Positions 40,353-53,165 of a DNA stretch of 64,000 bases are shown here, piece by piece. Numbering within the stretch: position 1 is the first letter of the stretch; the number at the start of each line of letters is the position of its first letter. The stretch covers positions 33,728,001 through 33,792,000 of the forward strand of contig OX597824.1 of assembly GCA_951406725.2 (NCBI GenBank), written 5' to 3'. The DNA is from Octopus vulgaris. Its lineage: Eukaryota. Made by a program: the position numbers and the translations under genes. The notes under the pieces are model-generated. The model worked only from the letters and a program-made list of their open reading frames with translations, did no database searches and was not told where the DNA came from.

Positions 40353-40456
40353 GTAAATGCTACCAACATCTCTCGATATACTGAGCAACCACCAAGTAAA
40401 TAACAGAAAACAAATTACGAAAATCAAGATACCCAAACTTCAAACTAATAAAAAAA

Positions 40457-40628
40457 AATAAGTAATAAATAATAAATATATATACATGCAGTTGCCCATT
40501 ATACAGACGGATATATACATAGAAACATACACATATATACCTATTTACACATATGTATATATACATACATACATACACATACACATAACTCTACATACCT
40601 ACATATACATAAACACACAAGCGTACAC

Positions 40629-40660
<32 letters not shown>

Positions 40661-40742
40661 GTGTACGCTTGTGTGTTTATATACATACATACATACACAT
40701 ACACATAACTCTACATACCTACATATACATAAACACACAAGC

Positions 40743-40804
<62 letters not shown>

Positions 40805-40812
40805 CACCCTTT

Positions 40813-40898
<86 letters not shown>

Positions 40899-41072
40899 GT
40901 GTACGCTTGTGTGTTTATGTATATGTAGGTATGTAGAGTTATGTGTATGTGTATGTATGTATGTATATATACATATGTGTAAATAGGTATATATGTGTAT
41001 GTTTATATGTATGTATCCGTCTGTATAATGGGTAATTGCATGTATATATATTTATTATTTATTACTTATTAT
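40457..41072. repeat. Large near-perfect palindrome centred on (TA)n
   Basis: 40457-40630 is reverse complementary to 40897-41072; a third partial arm lies at 40680-40750. Confidence 0.9.
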
Positions 41073-41074
41073 TT

Positions 41075-41588
41075 GAGTATGCATGTATGTATATATGTAT
41101 ATGTTTGTATGCATGTATGTATTTATGCATATAAGGATGCGCGTGTGTGTGTGTATGTGTATGCATATGTATAAACATATGTACACATTTATGCATGTAT
41201 GTTCTTATGTGTATATATAGATGCGCGTGTGTGTGTGTATGTGTATGCATGTGTGTATGTATATGTATGTGTATATATGTATATATATACATGTGTGTAT
41301 ATATATGTGTATGTGTATGTATGTGTATATGTGTATGGGTATATATGTGTATATACATGTATGTTTGTGTATGTGTGTACATGTATGGACTTGTTGGGTT
41401 TCTTTTTTATATATGTAGATAGATGTGTGTGCGTGTGTATTAGTATGTGCTTGTGTATATATACGTGTATGTATATGTATAGATATATGGACGTATGGGT
41501 ATGTAGGTATGTATATGACTGGTGTAAGTATATATGTGTGTATGTATATGTAGGTATGCGCGTACGTGTATGTATATGTGTATATGTG

Positions 41589-41619
<31 letters not shown>

Positions 41620-42149
41620 GTATATGTATATATATATATGTATATGTATATATATATGTATGTGTATGTAAGTGTATGTATGTGTATATGTATATGTATA
41701 TATATTTATTTGTGTATATGTATGGACTAGTCTTCTGTGGATGTATAGCTGTTAGTATGTGTATGCGTGTAGATATGAATTTGTAGGTACGTGTACGTAT
41801 GTGTATATACGTGCATGTATGTAGATGTATGTATGTATGAATATAACACGTGCGTGTGTGTATGTGTATGAGTGTACGTGTGAGTGTGTATGCGTGTGTG
41901 AGTGTCTGTGTTCGTATCAGTGAGTAGAAAAATAGAAAGGAAGGGAGAGGGGCAATAAATGGACTCTTTAGACTAGTTCCCTTGGGACGACATCACTTCA
42001 GTGCCGGACTGGCTGGCCGAGGTCAAGATAAAATAAAAATAAAAACAAAAGTAAAAAATAAAAATAAAATTAAAATAAGGGAAGAAATGTGTGTGTATGT
42101 GTGTGCATGTATATGCATATGTATGTGTGTGTGTGTGTGTATATATATA

Positions 42150-42194
<45 letters not shown>

Positions 42195-42245
42195 AGGTAT
42201 GTATGTGTATGTATGTATATATATGTGTATATGGGTGTGTGTATA

Positions 42246-42290
<45 letters not shown>

Positions 42291-42557
42291 ATATGGGAGC
42301 GTGTGTGTATGGGGGTGTATATCCCCTTTTATATATATATGTGTGTAGACATATATAAGTGTATGTATGAGTATGGGTATGGGCGTGTACGTAGATACAT
42401 GTATATGGGTACATATGTACATGTGTATATGGGTGTATGTGTGTATGTGTACGTATGTGTATGTGTATATATGTATATGTGTATGTATGTATATATATGT
42501 GTGTATATGTATGTATGTATATGTATGCATATGTGTGTGTGTATGTGTATATGTACA

Positions 42558-42613
<56 letters not shown>

Positions 42614-42635
42614 TATATATATATGTATATGTATA
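41075..42635. repeat. Extended degenerate TA/TG low-complexity region
   Basis: Directly visible. Confidence 0.9.
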
Positions 42636-42842
42636 AGTGAGAGTCTCCTTATTTACCTAAAACTCTATTTTTCTATTTATTCTTTTATTCTTTTATTTAT
42701 TCTTTTATCTACTTTACCACCGATTCCTTTGACCACTCCCCTAAGAATGATAGTTTGCGCCATGCCTACCCCAAAAAGTCCCCCACCACCACCCCTTTAA
42801 ACCTGCCTAAATGTATAAATGCCAAAACTACTCTTGTCACCT

Positions 42843-42893
42843 AGCTTCCTGATGATTTCTTTTGAATGAAACAGTTCTAGTCCTGTAGAAGCT
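42843..42893 (+). ncRNA. Type I hammerhead ribozyme motif with all three helices
   Basis: agcttc-CTGATGA-tttc-tttt-gaat-GAA-ACAG-ttctagtc-CTGT-A-gaagct: 6-bp helix I, 4-bp helix III, GUA cleavage triplet. Confidence 0.75.
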
Positions 42894-42906
42894 CCTTCTA
42901 TAAAAT

Positions 42907-42940
<34 letters not shown>

Positions 42941-42992
42941 TATTTTAAAATAGTGTACATTTAAACACAAAAGAAAATTACTATTTAACAGG

Positions 42993-43061
<69 letters not shown>

Positions 43062-43699
43062 TATTTTAAAATAGTGTACATTTAAACACAAAATAAAATT
43101 ACCCTTTAACAGGTAATTTTTTACATGCTAGAAGAAGCAGCCAACACGGCCAAAACCATGATTTAATAGCAATTTTCGAAGGAATTGAAAAATAAAATCT
43201 TTTACCTTGTTATTTTTATTTGCGGTTATACCATGGTTTCAAATTTCTTTAACAAATAAGATTATCAGCCACCTTTTAATGGGTAATTTACCAAACAATA
43301 TTATCCGCCAGGCGAATTCTCAACAGTAACCGGCCTCAATAACTAACTTATAATTCAGAGACAAGATAACACGTGTCCCATCATTATATGTTATAATTTT
43401 TCAAAATTCCGCGCGCAGGCGTAGATTCAGTGGGCAGTAAACATAATGCCGAACTGAATCTTCGAGAATGCTAAGAACATATTCATAAGATACGTGTTAT
43501 CTTGTCAGTGTTAATGTTTGGCGTCCTAAGTTAAGACAATCAATGCTGTAAATGCTTTCTGTCAAGCATTTGTTGAGAATGAACACGTAATTAAGTTTGG
43601 AACCTTCTGTATGCTTCCCGCTACTCCAAATTTAATCTGCCTGGTAGTAGAGTGGACAGGAGTCGTTTGTATGTAATTCCGTGACTAAAGTTTAGACTG

Positions 43700-44076
43700 T
43701 TAGTTCCTCATGTTAAGTAGAAGAATAAGTTTTATTTGTGAATCTACTCTGTTAAGGTTTGTTAAGTCTTGGTTTGTACTTTTGTTTGAAAGTATTTTCT
43801 TTGTTTATCCCTACTTCATCTGCGGTATTCACTGAACACAGGTAGAGTGGAAAGACCTGAAATTTGGGAGACTTATTTTTTGGCACATATGTCTATGTGA
43901 CCACTCAGTGGAATCTGTGTAGTGCGGGGGTCTTGTATTTGCTGTCGGTGAATGGTCAGTCTATTTCTTATAGTAAGCTTTGTTTGACCTATGTAATTTT
44001 CATTACATCCTTGACATTTGATAGCGCATATTAAATTCCTTGAAGAATTATAGTGAGGGATTAACAATACGAGCAA
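43700..44076 (-). mobile_element. Penelope-like element 3' fragment (GIY-YIG endonuclease)
   Basis: SRNLICAIKCQGCNENYIGQTKLTIRNRLTIHRQQI ... PLSGH. Confidence 0.85.
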
Positions 44077-44349
44077 AATACTTCATAGGCTTTCTTTATT
44101 AAAGTAAATTTTTCCTTTATTAAAGTAAATTTTTTTCAACTGATCAATAGATGTGACATCCGACACACGTTGAGTCAGAAAAAGAGCTGAGCAAGTATAG
44201 GCATGCGAAAACAAGTCAATAAAGACATAATACTGTGGTGCATGTGTAAAGGAGTATAAGCATGTATGCATATTTATATGAACGCTGTATTCTTTTTGCA
44301 AAAAATATAAAATAGAGCAAAAATGGCTGCAAACTTTGAAAAAGAAAAT

Positions 44350-44582
44350 ACCAACCTCTTTATTGCCCACAAGGGGCTAAACACACAGGGGACAAACAAG
44401 GACAGACAAACAGATTAAATCGATTACATCGACCCCACTGCGTAACTGGTACTTAATTTATCGACCGCGAAAGGATGAAAGGCAAAGTCGACCTCGGCGG
44501 AATTTGAACTCAGAACGTAACGGCAGACGAAGTACCGCAAAGCATTTCTCCCAGCGTGCTAACGTTTCTGCCAGCTCCTAGC
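44350..44582 (-). mobile_element. SINE family B
   Basis: Reverse complement of 31556-31787. Confidence 0.9.
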
Positions 44583-45325
44583 GGCAACCAGTCAATGAAA
44601 ACTAGCGTACAATAAGTGCGCATGAAATGTGCAATGTAAGTGGTCAATCTGACAATAAAACTTTTAGTGTTTGCGTGCCTGTCATCTAGCGGTTCGGCAA
44701 ATGGGAGTAACTGAGTAAGTACTAAGTTAAAAAAAAAAAAATAAATAAGCACTGGAAATCGATTCGTTCGACTAAAAATTCTTCAAGGCGCAATCTAATG
44801 ACTGGGATAATTGAAAGATAAAAGATAAACAATACAGTTTACAGTGACGACAACAACCTACAGCTGTGTCGTGACAAAGCTAAAACGGTTCGTAATTGAA
44901 CAAAAAAAAATCATCTGAAGCGCTTGGTAGTATTAAATCTAAAAGCTAAATATACGATAAAGAAGTATATCAATCAATAATTTACTTAAGGTTAATCTTG
45001 ATCAAATAAGAGTAAAAGGAATATTTATCGTCATAAAGAAGTAGAAACTTCAGTTGCCGTGATGATTACACCAATGTCTATCATCTTTGAAAACGATTTT
45101 CGATACACAACAAGTCAGAAGTGAATACACACACACACACGCACACACACATCCATACACACCTTTCTTTCTCTATCATCTATCTATTTCTAGCTCTGTC
45201 TCACTCACTCACTCACTCCCTCTCCCTCTCTCCCTCTCTCCCTCTCTCTGTATTATGTACGTACATATATATACATATGTATGTGTGTGTGTGTGTGTGC
45301 GTGTGCATTTGTGTGTGTGTGTGTT

Positions 45326-45356
<31 letters not shown>

Positions 45357-45389
45357 ATGTGGTGTGTGTGTGCTTGTGTGTGTGTGTGT

Positions 45390-45435
<46 letters not shown>

Positions 45436-45469
45436 TTGTGTGTGTATGTGTGTGTGTGTGTGTGTGTGT

Positions 45470-45775
45470 GGAGGCGCAAAGGCCCAGTGGTTAGGTCAAC
45501 GGACGCGCGGTCGTAGGATCGCGATTTCGATTCCCAGACCAGGCGTTGTGAGTGTTTATTGAGCGAAAACACCTAAAGCTCCTCGAGGCTCCGGCAGTGG
45601 GTTGTGGCGATCCCTGCAGTACTCTTTCGCCACAACTTTCTCTCACTCTTTCTTCTGTTCGCCTGCTCGCTTAACCAGCGGGGTGGCGTCATTTGAAGGC
45701 TAAAATAATGCGAAGCGCATTGTAACCAGCGATGTCTAACAACATCTGATAGCCTGGTCGGTCACGGTGATCACG
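45470..45775 (+). mobile_element. Full-length tRNA-derived SINE, family C
   Basis: ggaggcgcaaaggcccagtggttagg ... ttcgattccc ... tail ggtcacggtgatcacggtgat. Confidence 0.8.
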
Positions 45776-45987
45776 GTGATATATATATAAATATATATCT
45801 ATCAAGATTAATCAGCCGAAATTGCGAGGATGATCCGGTTCTTGACTGAAGATTAGAGGCTTCGAATGACCCGTCCGTTTTTTTGTGTCGACTATTTGAA
45901 TGTTTTGCGTTCTTGTCCCATTTTGTATTTATATATATATATATATATACATGCATAAATACACACACACACACACACACATGCACA

Positions 45988-46330
45988 CGAGGGTGTGTTG
46001 AAAAGTTCCTGGCTTTAAGGGTATCACAAAAGGGTATAGCTGTTACCTTTATAGGAGAGGTGGGACAACTATCAAGGAGAAGATATGCAAAAAGTGATGA
46101 TGGCATATAGTATATCTTTCTCATTTTTGCAGATTTACCCCATGACGACAGCTCCTACAGTAGATTTTGAGGCCTAACCATCCGAGTTCTTTCTACAGTG
46201 TTTAGAAAAATTGAGGGACAGCTGCAATAAGTGCGTGAATCTGAGAGGGGGGTAACTTGAATAAAATCATAATTAGCCGACCCTCCCGTATTTTCTTCTA
46301 CACAAACCCAGGAACTTTTCAGCACCCCTC

Positions 46331-46331
<1 letters not shown>
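45988..46331 (+). mobile_element. mariner-derived MITE
   Basis: TIR gagggtgtgttgaaaagttcctgg / ccaggaacttttcagcacccctc; internal LEKLRDSCNKCVNLRG resembles a transposase C-terminus. Confidence 0.8.
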
Positions 46332-46368
<37 letters not shown>

Positions 46369-46391
46369 TGAGTGTGTATATATATATATAT

Positions 46392-46574
46392 AGGGAGAGT
46401 TTACGAAAAAAACAAAAGACGAAGACAGGTGGTGTACAAAACAAACAGATGTATTAGTATAACGCCCAGGAATAGAAAAAGTCTTTTACGTTTCGAGCCT
46501 ACGCTCTTCTACAGAAAGGTACACAGAAAAAACAAGGAGAGAACAAAATGTGTGTAGTGGCTAACGATCTATCA

Positions 46575-46576
<2 letters not shown>
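46392..46576 (-). mobile_element. Penelope pLTR-like fragment in (TA)n with a hammerhead-like motif at 46483-46518
   Basis: cttt-CTGTAGA-a-gagc-gtag-gctc-GAAAc-GTA-aaag. Confidence 0.7.
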
Positions 46577-46630
<54 letters not shown>

Positions 46631-46632
<2 letters not shown>

Positions 46633-47418
46633 TTCGATCAATAAGTATCCGGACTGCTGCCATTCTAGCTCACTTCCGCTGTTTATAGCAGTGCTTGGGA
46701 TGAATCTGTGTAGCGTGTGATCGTCGTATTGACCATGACAGAGGAAGTTGTCATGACGATACCTGCTCAGAGGCCTAGGCAAAGTTGTAGAAAGCGTATG
46801 GAGAGGAGTGTATGAGCCGCACAAAGTATGTGAGTGGTTCGAAAGAATGTCGATAGTCACGAACGTTCTGGGATACCCGCAACCAGCAGAAATAAAATAT
46901 AAAACGTCGCATATGTGCGTGCAGCTGTGAGGGGAAATGATCGAACAGCCATCCGTGAGTTATCAGAGGATGTGCGGATTAGTTACAGTTCAGTTCAGTC
47001 CATTATCACTGAACATTTGGGTATGCGACGCGTGTCTGGCAAGTTTGTGCTAAGACTGCTTTCAGCGGACCAAAAAATCACTCGGGTTTCAGTTGCACAA
47101 GATCTCCTTGATTGTGCCAAAAACGATGAAAACTTTTTGAAAACTTTGCGTAGGCCTCTGAGCAAGTATCGCCAAACTTTGAGCCAAATTTGATGCAGAT
47201 TATCTGCTCAACTTTCTCTGTCATGGTCAGTGCGACAATCACAGGCTACACATCTTCCTTCCAAACACTGTTGTAAACAGCGGAAGTGAGCTAGAACGTT
47301 AAAACTTAGTGCGCATGCACAGCTGAGTTCAAGGTCAATCTGTGCCTTATACGGCTTCAATCTGTGTGTTTTAGTTTCGTTAGTATGGTAACGGTCCGGA
47401 TACTTATTGATCAGACCA
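46631..47418 (+). mobile_element. mariner element, fold-back derivative with two 5' ends
   Basis: TIR ggttcgatcaataagtatccggac / gtccggatacttattgatcagacc; ORF 46915-47193 (IRELSEDVRISYSSVQSIITEHLGMRRVSGKFVLRLL); 47210-47300 is an inverted match to 46660-46750. Confidence 0.85.
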
Positions 47419-47539
47419 CACACATCTATTTATTTCTAGCAGTGTAGGTATTCTAACACTCAGTCATATTTAATCACACACACACACACACGTATGTATG
47501 TATGTGTGTATGTATTATGTATGTTTGTGTGTGTATATA

Positions 47540-48415
47540 CTGGTTGTGGTGAATAAACTGTCGTCTAAATTAAGGCAAAAATAAAAATAACACTGACATC
47601 TCATTTTAACAGATATATTTACCAAAATTAGATAAAAATATCTTGAAATACTAAATAGTAAATCTATTCAATAAAATCGCCATTGGCCTCAATCACGGCC
47701 TCCAGACAACTTCAGAATTTCCTGCGAATCTTCTGGACGGTCTCCTTGTTTAAGTTGGTGAATGTAGCTATAATCCTTGCCTTCAGTTCAGCTTAGGTGT
47801 GAAAAGGAATTTTGTTGGTCTCTCGTTCAACTGCGCCCCACACATAACAATGAAGGGGGTTACAGTCTGCGGAGTTAGATGGCCAGTTGTTAAGGATGAT
47901 GTGGTTGCAGAAATTGTCTGACAGCTATGACTGGGTTCTTCTGCTTGTATGGCATGGAGCAGAGTCCTGTTGCTAGACATAGAGTCTTCCAGCAGCCACC
48001 CTCTTGACCCAGGGCAGCACTATCACCTCCAGGCACTTGATGAAGGACTCGGTGTTGAGTGTGAGGCCGTGTGCGAAGATGAATGGAGGTATAACGTCGC
48101 CATCACTAGTGATCACTCCAAACACCATGATGTTGACTGGATGTTTGATTTTTATCACTCTCGGTACATGTCCTCAGACTGACACCGAAACATTCTGAAA
48201 TGTTCGTATTGGAGCTTCCGGCGCGAATGCCAAGCAGTACTGTATGTCGTTTCCACATTTCTAGCAGAGTGAATTGCGTCATGGTGCTGTTTTTCTCACA
48301 GATGGTGCCCAACTGACCCTACTATACTGTGTTGTCGACAAAATCAAAAATAAACAATGCACATGCTCGAAATAAAAATATATGATGGCGACAATTTACG
48401 TATTGCACTCTGTAC
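47540..48415 (-). mobile_element. Tc1/mariner maT-type (DD37D) transposon, internally deleted
   Basis: KHPVNIMVFGVITSDG ... QQDSAPCHTS ... WPSNSADCNPL(H); 37 residues between the second D and the mutated third catalytic position; degenerate TIRs in TA context. Confidence 0.85.
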
Positions 48416-48420
48416 GTATG

Positions 48421-48471
<51 letters not shown>

Positions 48472-48473
<2 letters not shown>

Positions 48474-48728
48474 CGGGAAGCTTTATGAAAATAGACAAAA
48501 GACGAAGGCAGGTGGAAAACAAACGAACAATTGTATTAGTATGGCGCTCAGGAAATATAAATAAAACAAGTCTTTAACGTTTCGAGCCTACGCTCTTCAA
48601 CAGAAAGATATACAGAGAGAAAAAAAACACAGAAAGAAGGAGAGAAAAAAAAAAAAGGAGAGAAAAAAACACAGAAAGAAGGAGAGAAAAAAAATGCGTG
48701 CAGTAGCTAACGAATCAACATGATGGTG
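48472..48728 (-). mobile_element. Penelope pLTR-like fragment with a hammerhead-like motif at 48572-48607
   Basis: cttt-CTGTTGA-a-gagc-gtag-gctc-GAAAc-GTT-aaag; same family as 46392-46576. Confidence 0.7.
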
Positions 48729-48750
48729 ATATATATATATATATATATAT

Positions 48751-49761
48751 TGTTATGAAGGTCAATTCAAGGACAGTGCTTGCGACCGACTTTTTGTGTA
48801 CTGGCGTCGGGCAGGCGAGTAGATCCTTTGTTCCGTCAGATTCTGGAAGGATTGATGAGCTTTGAGGCGACCTTTGGCCTTGTGCCGGTCAAGGAAAGTT
48901 CGAAGAAGCTACCCTATAAAAGGCAGGAACTGTGAGCCTGTGAGGACATTCAGTCGGCAGTTGGGATTGTGTTCAGGCAGTCAGTCAGTCAGTCGGGAAC
49001 AGAGCGAGTTGGCAATAGGTAGTTCTGCCTGAGACGGCAACGGGGCAGTTTTGGTCAGGGACAGCAGTGATACGGACGGTCAGCCAAGAAGGTGGCGATG
49101 GCGAGGGGCAACTACATCGTTGAGAACGACAAGCAGACGGTGAGAGGATGAAAGGTTGAGAAAGACATACACAGAGGACTGAGAGCGAAGGAGGGATTAC
49201 GGCGGATAGAAGGCATGGCTATTATAGTAGGAGTTGAAACGTATGTGTTGTTTATGTTTGATATGTGAAAAGAACTGTGAATTAAGGAAAAGAGGAAGAA
49301 GAAGAAAGTGGGGATGAGGAGGAAGATGAAGAAGAGGAAGTAGAAGTTAAAAAGAAAGAGAAAGACTTTAATGTATTGAACTGTTGTGATTTGAACATTG
49401 GACTGTATCGTGAACATTAATTGATCTGAAATGCATTGAACTGTATCTGCATGTTTAAATGCTTTGATTCGTTGTTTCCTTGCATGTATTTTATTTGATG
49501 TTGTAATAATTGTATAAACTGTTGTTAAATGTAGCCAATTGCCTTCCACCGTCTCTCTTTGTATCTCTTCCTGTTGTTGTTGTTGTTATCTCCGGTTGCC
49601 GGTTGCCGTGATTGCTGCCGCTTTCCCCCAACCGAATTCTCTCTCTCCCTGAGTTCCGTGGCGGATTCTTCGATCGAATGTCCGGTAAATCGTCGTCGCT
49701 CGACTTGGTAGGGTCCCGGGTTTTTCCCGAAGAGTTTGAGCGACGGCAGGTGGGATTCCGT

Positions 49762-49765
<4 letters not shown>
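48751..49765 (+). mobile_element. Solo LTR of about 1.0 kb
   Basis: Termini TGTTAtg ... cgTAACA; TATA-like ctataaaagg near 48914; embedded in (TA)n; no coding remnant. Confidence 0.75.
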
Positions 49766-49800
<35 letters not shown>

Positions 49801-50059
49801 TGTCGCATTTTTGTATTACCTAACTGTCAGGATGTTTTGCGTTCTTGTCCTATTTTGTATTTTTTATGTAAAAATCATATATATATATATATATTATAGA
49901 TAAACAAGAATGAAAATGCCACTTTCTTAAAGTTGGGTGTGTTTTAATTTACATGTTTGGTTTTTTGGGGGAAAAAAACTTATCAAAAATAAGTATAAAA
50001 TGTGTAAAGAGAAGAGAGCTATTAATAAAATTTTGGGATCACCTTTACTGTTATCTCCC

Positions 50060-50220
50060 CTACTTCTTCGCTCTCCTGTGTGACCCTTCTGTCCGGCAGT
50101 CACCATGATAGATCGGTAGCCACTACACAAATTTTTTCTCCCCTTGTTTCCTTGTTTTTTTTTTTATGTGTTCCTTTCTGTGGAAGAGCGTATGCTCGAA
50201 ACGTAAAAGACTTTTTCAAT
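50060..50220 (+). mobile_element. Inverted pLTR fragment abutting the Penelope ORF, with a hammerhead-like motif at 50174-50209
   Basis: cttt-CTGTGGA-a-gagc-gtat-gctc-GAAAc-GTA-aaag. Confidence 0.7.
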
Positions 50221-53163
50221 TATTCCCTGTTCACGGCGCAAACGGGAGTCCGGATGGCTTCTGTGCAAGGACAATCCGAACACGGACAGGTGTCGTAAAG
50301 AGTGACCGGTAGAGCGGAAATGGCGTGAGACGGGGGTGTCATTGCCGAGGTAGATGTCTCGGAGATGTTCCGTGAACCGGTCAGCCAAGCGGCGTCCCGT
50401 TTGTCCGATGTACAGGGAATGGCAGAGAGAGCAGGAGATGCAATAGATGATATTGGTAGAGGTGCAGCTGAAGGAGTCGGTGATGCGATAGGGTCGATGA
50501 TGGGTGCCAGTGAGGAGGGTGGTGTTGGAAAGGTAAGGGCAAGTGCGACAGCGTGGGCGGGAGCAAGGGAACGAGCCAGGTTGAGAGGTAGGGTTGGGGA
50601 AGAAGCTGTGGACCAAGAGGTCTTGTAGGTTGTGGGCTCGTTTGAAGGAGTGGAGGGGTCAGTTAGGGAAGATGTGTGAAGTGGACGGGTCGGACTGGAG
50701 ATGCCGGAAAGCTTGGAGAATGGTGCGTTGGAGAGGTAGGGTAGTGGGGTGGTATGTGAGGTGATAAGGGGGTGAGAGAGACTGCAAGGCGGGTTCGTGG
50801 GAAGAGAGTAGATACACGGTCCACGGAACGTGCTCTGGCAAGAGCGGTCTGGATAGGATGAAGTGGCGAGCCATGAGTTGTGACTGAGTCTCAAAGTCAT
50901 GGTCGTCACTACAGAGCCTGCGTAGACGGAGGAATTGGGAATAGGGGATGGAAAGCTTGGTGTGTTTGGGGTGGGAGGAGGAGAAGTTGAGGTATGAGTG
51001 TGAGTCTGTGTGTTTATAGTGGATGGAGGTGGTAAGAGTGGAGTGATGAATGCTGACCGAAATGTCAAGAAAGAAGACAGAGGTGTCAAAGATAGTGCAG
51101 GAGAAGTGGAGGGCAGGATGGAAAGTTTTGACAAAAAAGAGGAAGGAGTCTAGATGTTCGTGGGAGAGTGAGGTTGCACCGATACAGTCGTCAATATAAC
51201 GGCCATATAGTTCGGGAGTGGGACCAGTGAAACTTGAAAATATTTGGGCCTCACCATAACCAACGAACAGGTTCGCATAGTTGGGACCCATTCTCATTCT
51301 AATGGCCACTCCCGAGACCTGCTGGTAGAAATCGCCCGCGAACGAGAAGCAGTTGAGTGAGAGGACAAGTTCGGCCAGAGAAACAAGTGTGGAGGTGTCA
51401 AGTTGGGGATTGGGTCGGAAGCCAATGAAGTATTTCAGTGCACGCAGCCCCTCGTGGTGAGGGACCACTGTGTAAAGGCTCTGGATGTCGAGAGTGAAGA
51501 GAAGTTTAGAGGGGCCAGGAGGAAAGGAGAAAGAGTTGAATAGACGAAGAGTATGGTTGGTGTCATGGATGTGAGAAGGGAGAAGTCTCTAGGGGGGCAA
51601 GGACACGGTCCAGATATTTGGAGATAAGCTCGGTGGGGCAGTTACAGGCGGAGACGATGAGGGAGTTAGGTTTGTAGATTTTGGGGAGGATGTAAATGGT
51701 GGGGGTGCGGGGGGTTTGGACAATGAGGTTGGAGGCGGTGTGGGGGAGATGGGAGGACGAGATGAGGTCAAGGATAGTGGAGGACACCATCTGTTGGTGG
51801 CTGGGCGTGGGGTCAGAGGGCAGAGGGCAGTAGAAGGAGGTGTCTTGAAGTTGCCAGAGAGCTTCGGCCTTATAGAGGTCCGCGCGCCATACCACCACGG
51901 CTCCACCCTGGTCGGCCAGTTTTATATCGATGTCAGTGCGGCGTCGGAGGGAACGAAGAGCCGTGAGTTCTGCTGGGGAAATGTTGAGACGACAGGGATG
52001 CCTGGAGAAGTTAAACCGGTTCACAGCGCGCTGGGAGGCGCCCGCAAAAAGATCAACTACTTGGAACTGGCCAGGAGCAGGCGTCCATTGGGATGGTCGG
52101 CGGCCCAGATCAGTGAAGCAGTCCTCCTCGTTAGATGCGGATGGAGTGTCGCAGAAAAGCACACACACCCTAACACGGCGCACAAAGCTGTGGATATCAG
52201 CACGAGTCTGAAATTCATTACAGGATGGAGTGAGGGGAATGAAACGCAGACCCCTACTGAGGATGGAGCGCTCCGCCTCAGAAAGGAGAATATCTGGGGA
52301 ATGGTAATAACAGACTGAAGTGGAGAAGGGGTGGATGGAATAGAAGTAGGAGGGGTGGATGGGGTAGAGGTAGGAGGGATAGTAGGTCAGGTGGAAGGCT
52401 GGGAGGGAGGGGATGGGGATGTGTGAGGGGGTTGGAGGGACAGGGGGTGGGTATGGTTTGAGGGAGCGTATCAGGGAGGGAGAAGGGTAGTGGAGGAGTT
52501 GGGGTAGTAGCATCGGGTGTGATGGAGTGGACGAGTGAGTGGAGTTTACGAAGTTTGGTGTTGGCAAGAAATTGATGAAAAAGATGATGTAAATGAATTA
52601 TATAAAGCAACGTGTTGTGAGCATGGGAGGGCGACAGAGAGGAGAAAAAGATGGAAAAAACGGGAGGGAGAAGGCAGTCGATGGCATGTATTTTAGAGAG
52701 ATTGGAGCGAATGGTGGCACGCATAAGGCGGTAGGATGTGGTACGGAGTATGGGTAGGATGGTTGAACCAGAGTGAAGAGTGGGGTGGAAATGGAGGCGG
52801 AAACCTTTAGGGATGAGGCGGTGATGTAAGCAGCGACTGAGAAATGCAACGTAGCTAAAGAAGCTTTTTTGAAAATGAGTAAAGAAAGGTTAATGGAAGG
52901 CTGAAAGCAGTGGGAAGGAAGTATGCGGAGGTATTGTTTTAGGCGGTGGTGGAAAGTGAGGAGGTAGAATCTATAGTCTGGCATAGTAGAATAACAAGGA
53001 GGGGAAAAAAACGCCGGGAAGGAAATTAAACGTGAGAAGGAAAAATTCAAAAGGTGTGGGAAGGAAAAAGCACAGGCGTGAGGAGAAAAAAATAAATAAA
53101 TAAATAAAAAGGCGTGAGAAGAAAATATATGCAAGGTGGGAGAAGAAAATAAAAATGATGAAG

Positions 53164-53165
<2 letters not shown>
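50220..53165 (-). mobile_element. Penelope-like retroelement (RT + GIY-YIG), near full-length and frameshifted
   Basis: ERSILSRGLRFIP, IKLADQGGAVVVW, YILPKIYK, LFTLDIQSLYT, GVAI..MGPNYANLF, YGRYIDD, FLDI, IPYSQFLRLRRLCS, CSRPRCRTC, NIIYCISCSLCHSLYIGQTGRRLADRFTEH. Confidence 0.95.

Noticed and set aside
45841-45880. CTGAAGA...GAAT...GTC hammerhead-like string in the 35.3/45.8/63.5 kb repeat family
   Set aside because: Helix I does not pair and GAAA is absent; other copies do not keep the core.
43873-50616. GIY-YIG ORFs as stand-alone homing or RNA-guided (Fanzor/TnpB-like) nucleases
   Set aside because: They match Penelope endonuclease motifs, one in line with a PLE RT; I saw no RuvC/zinc-finger Fanzor signature in any ORF.
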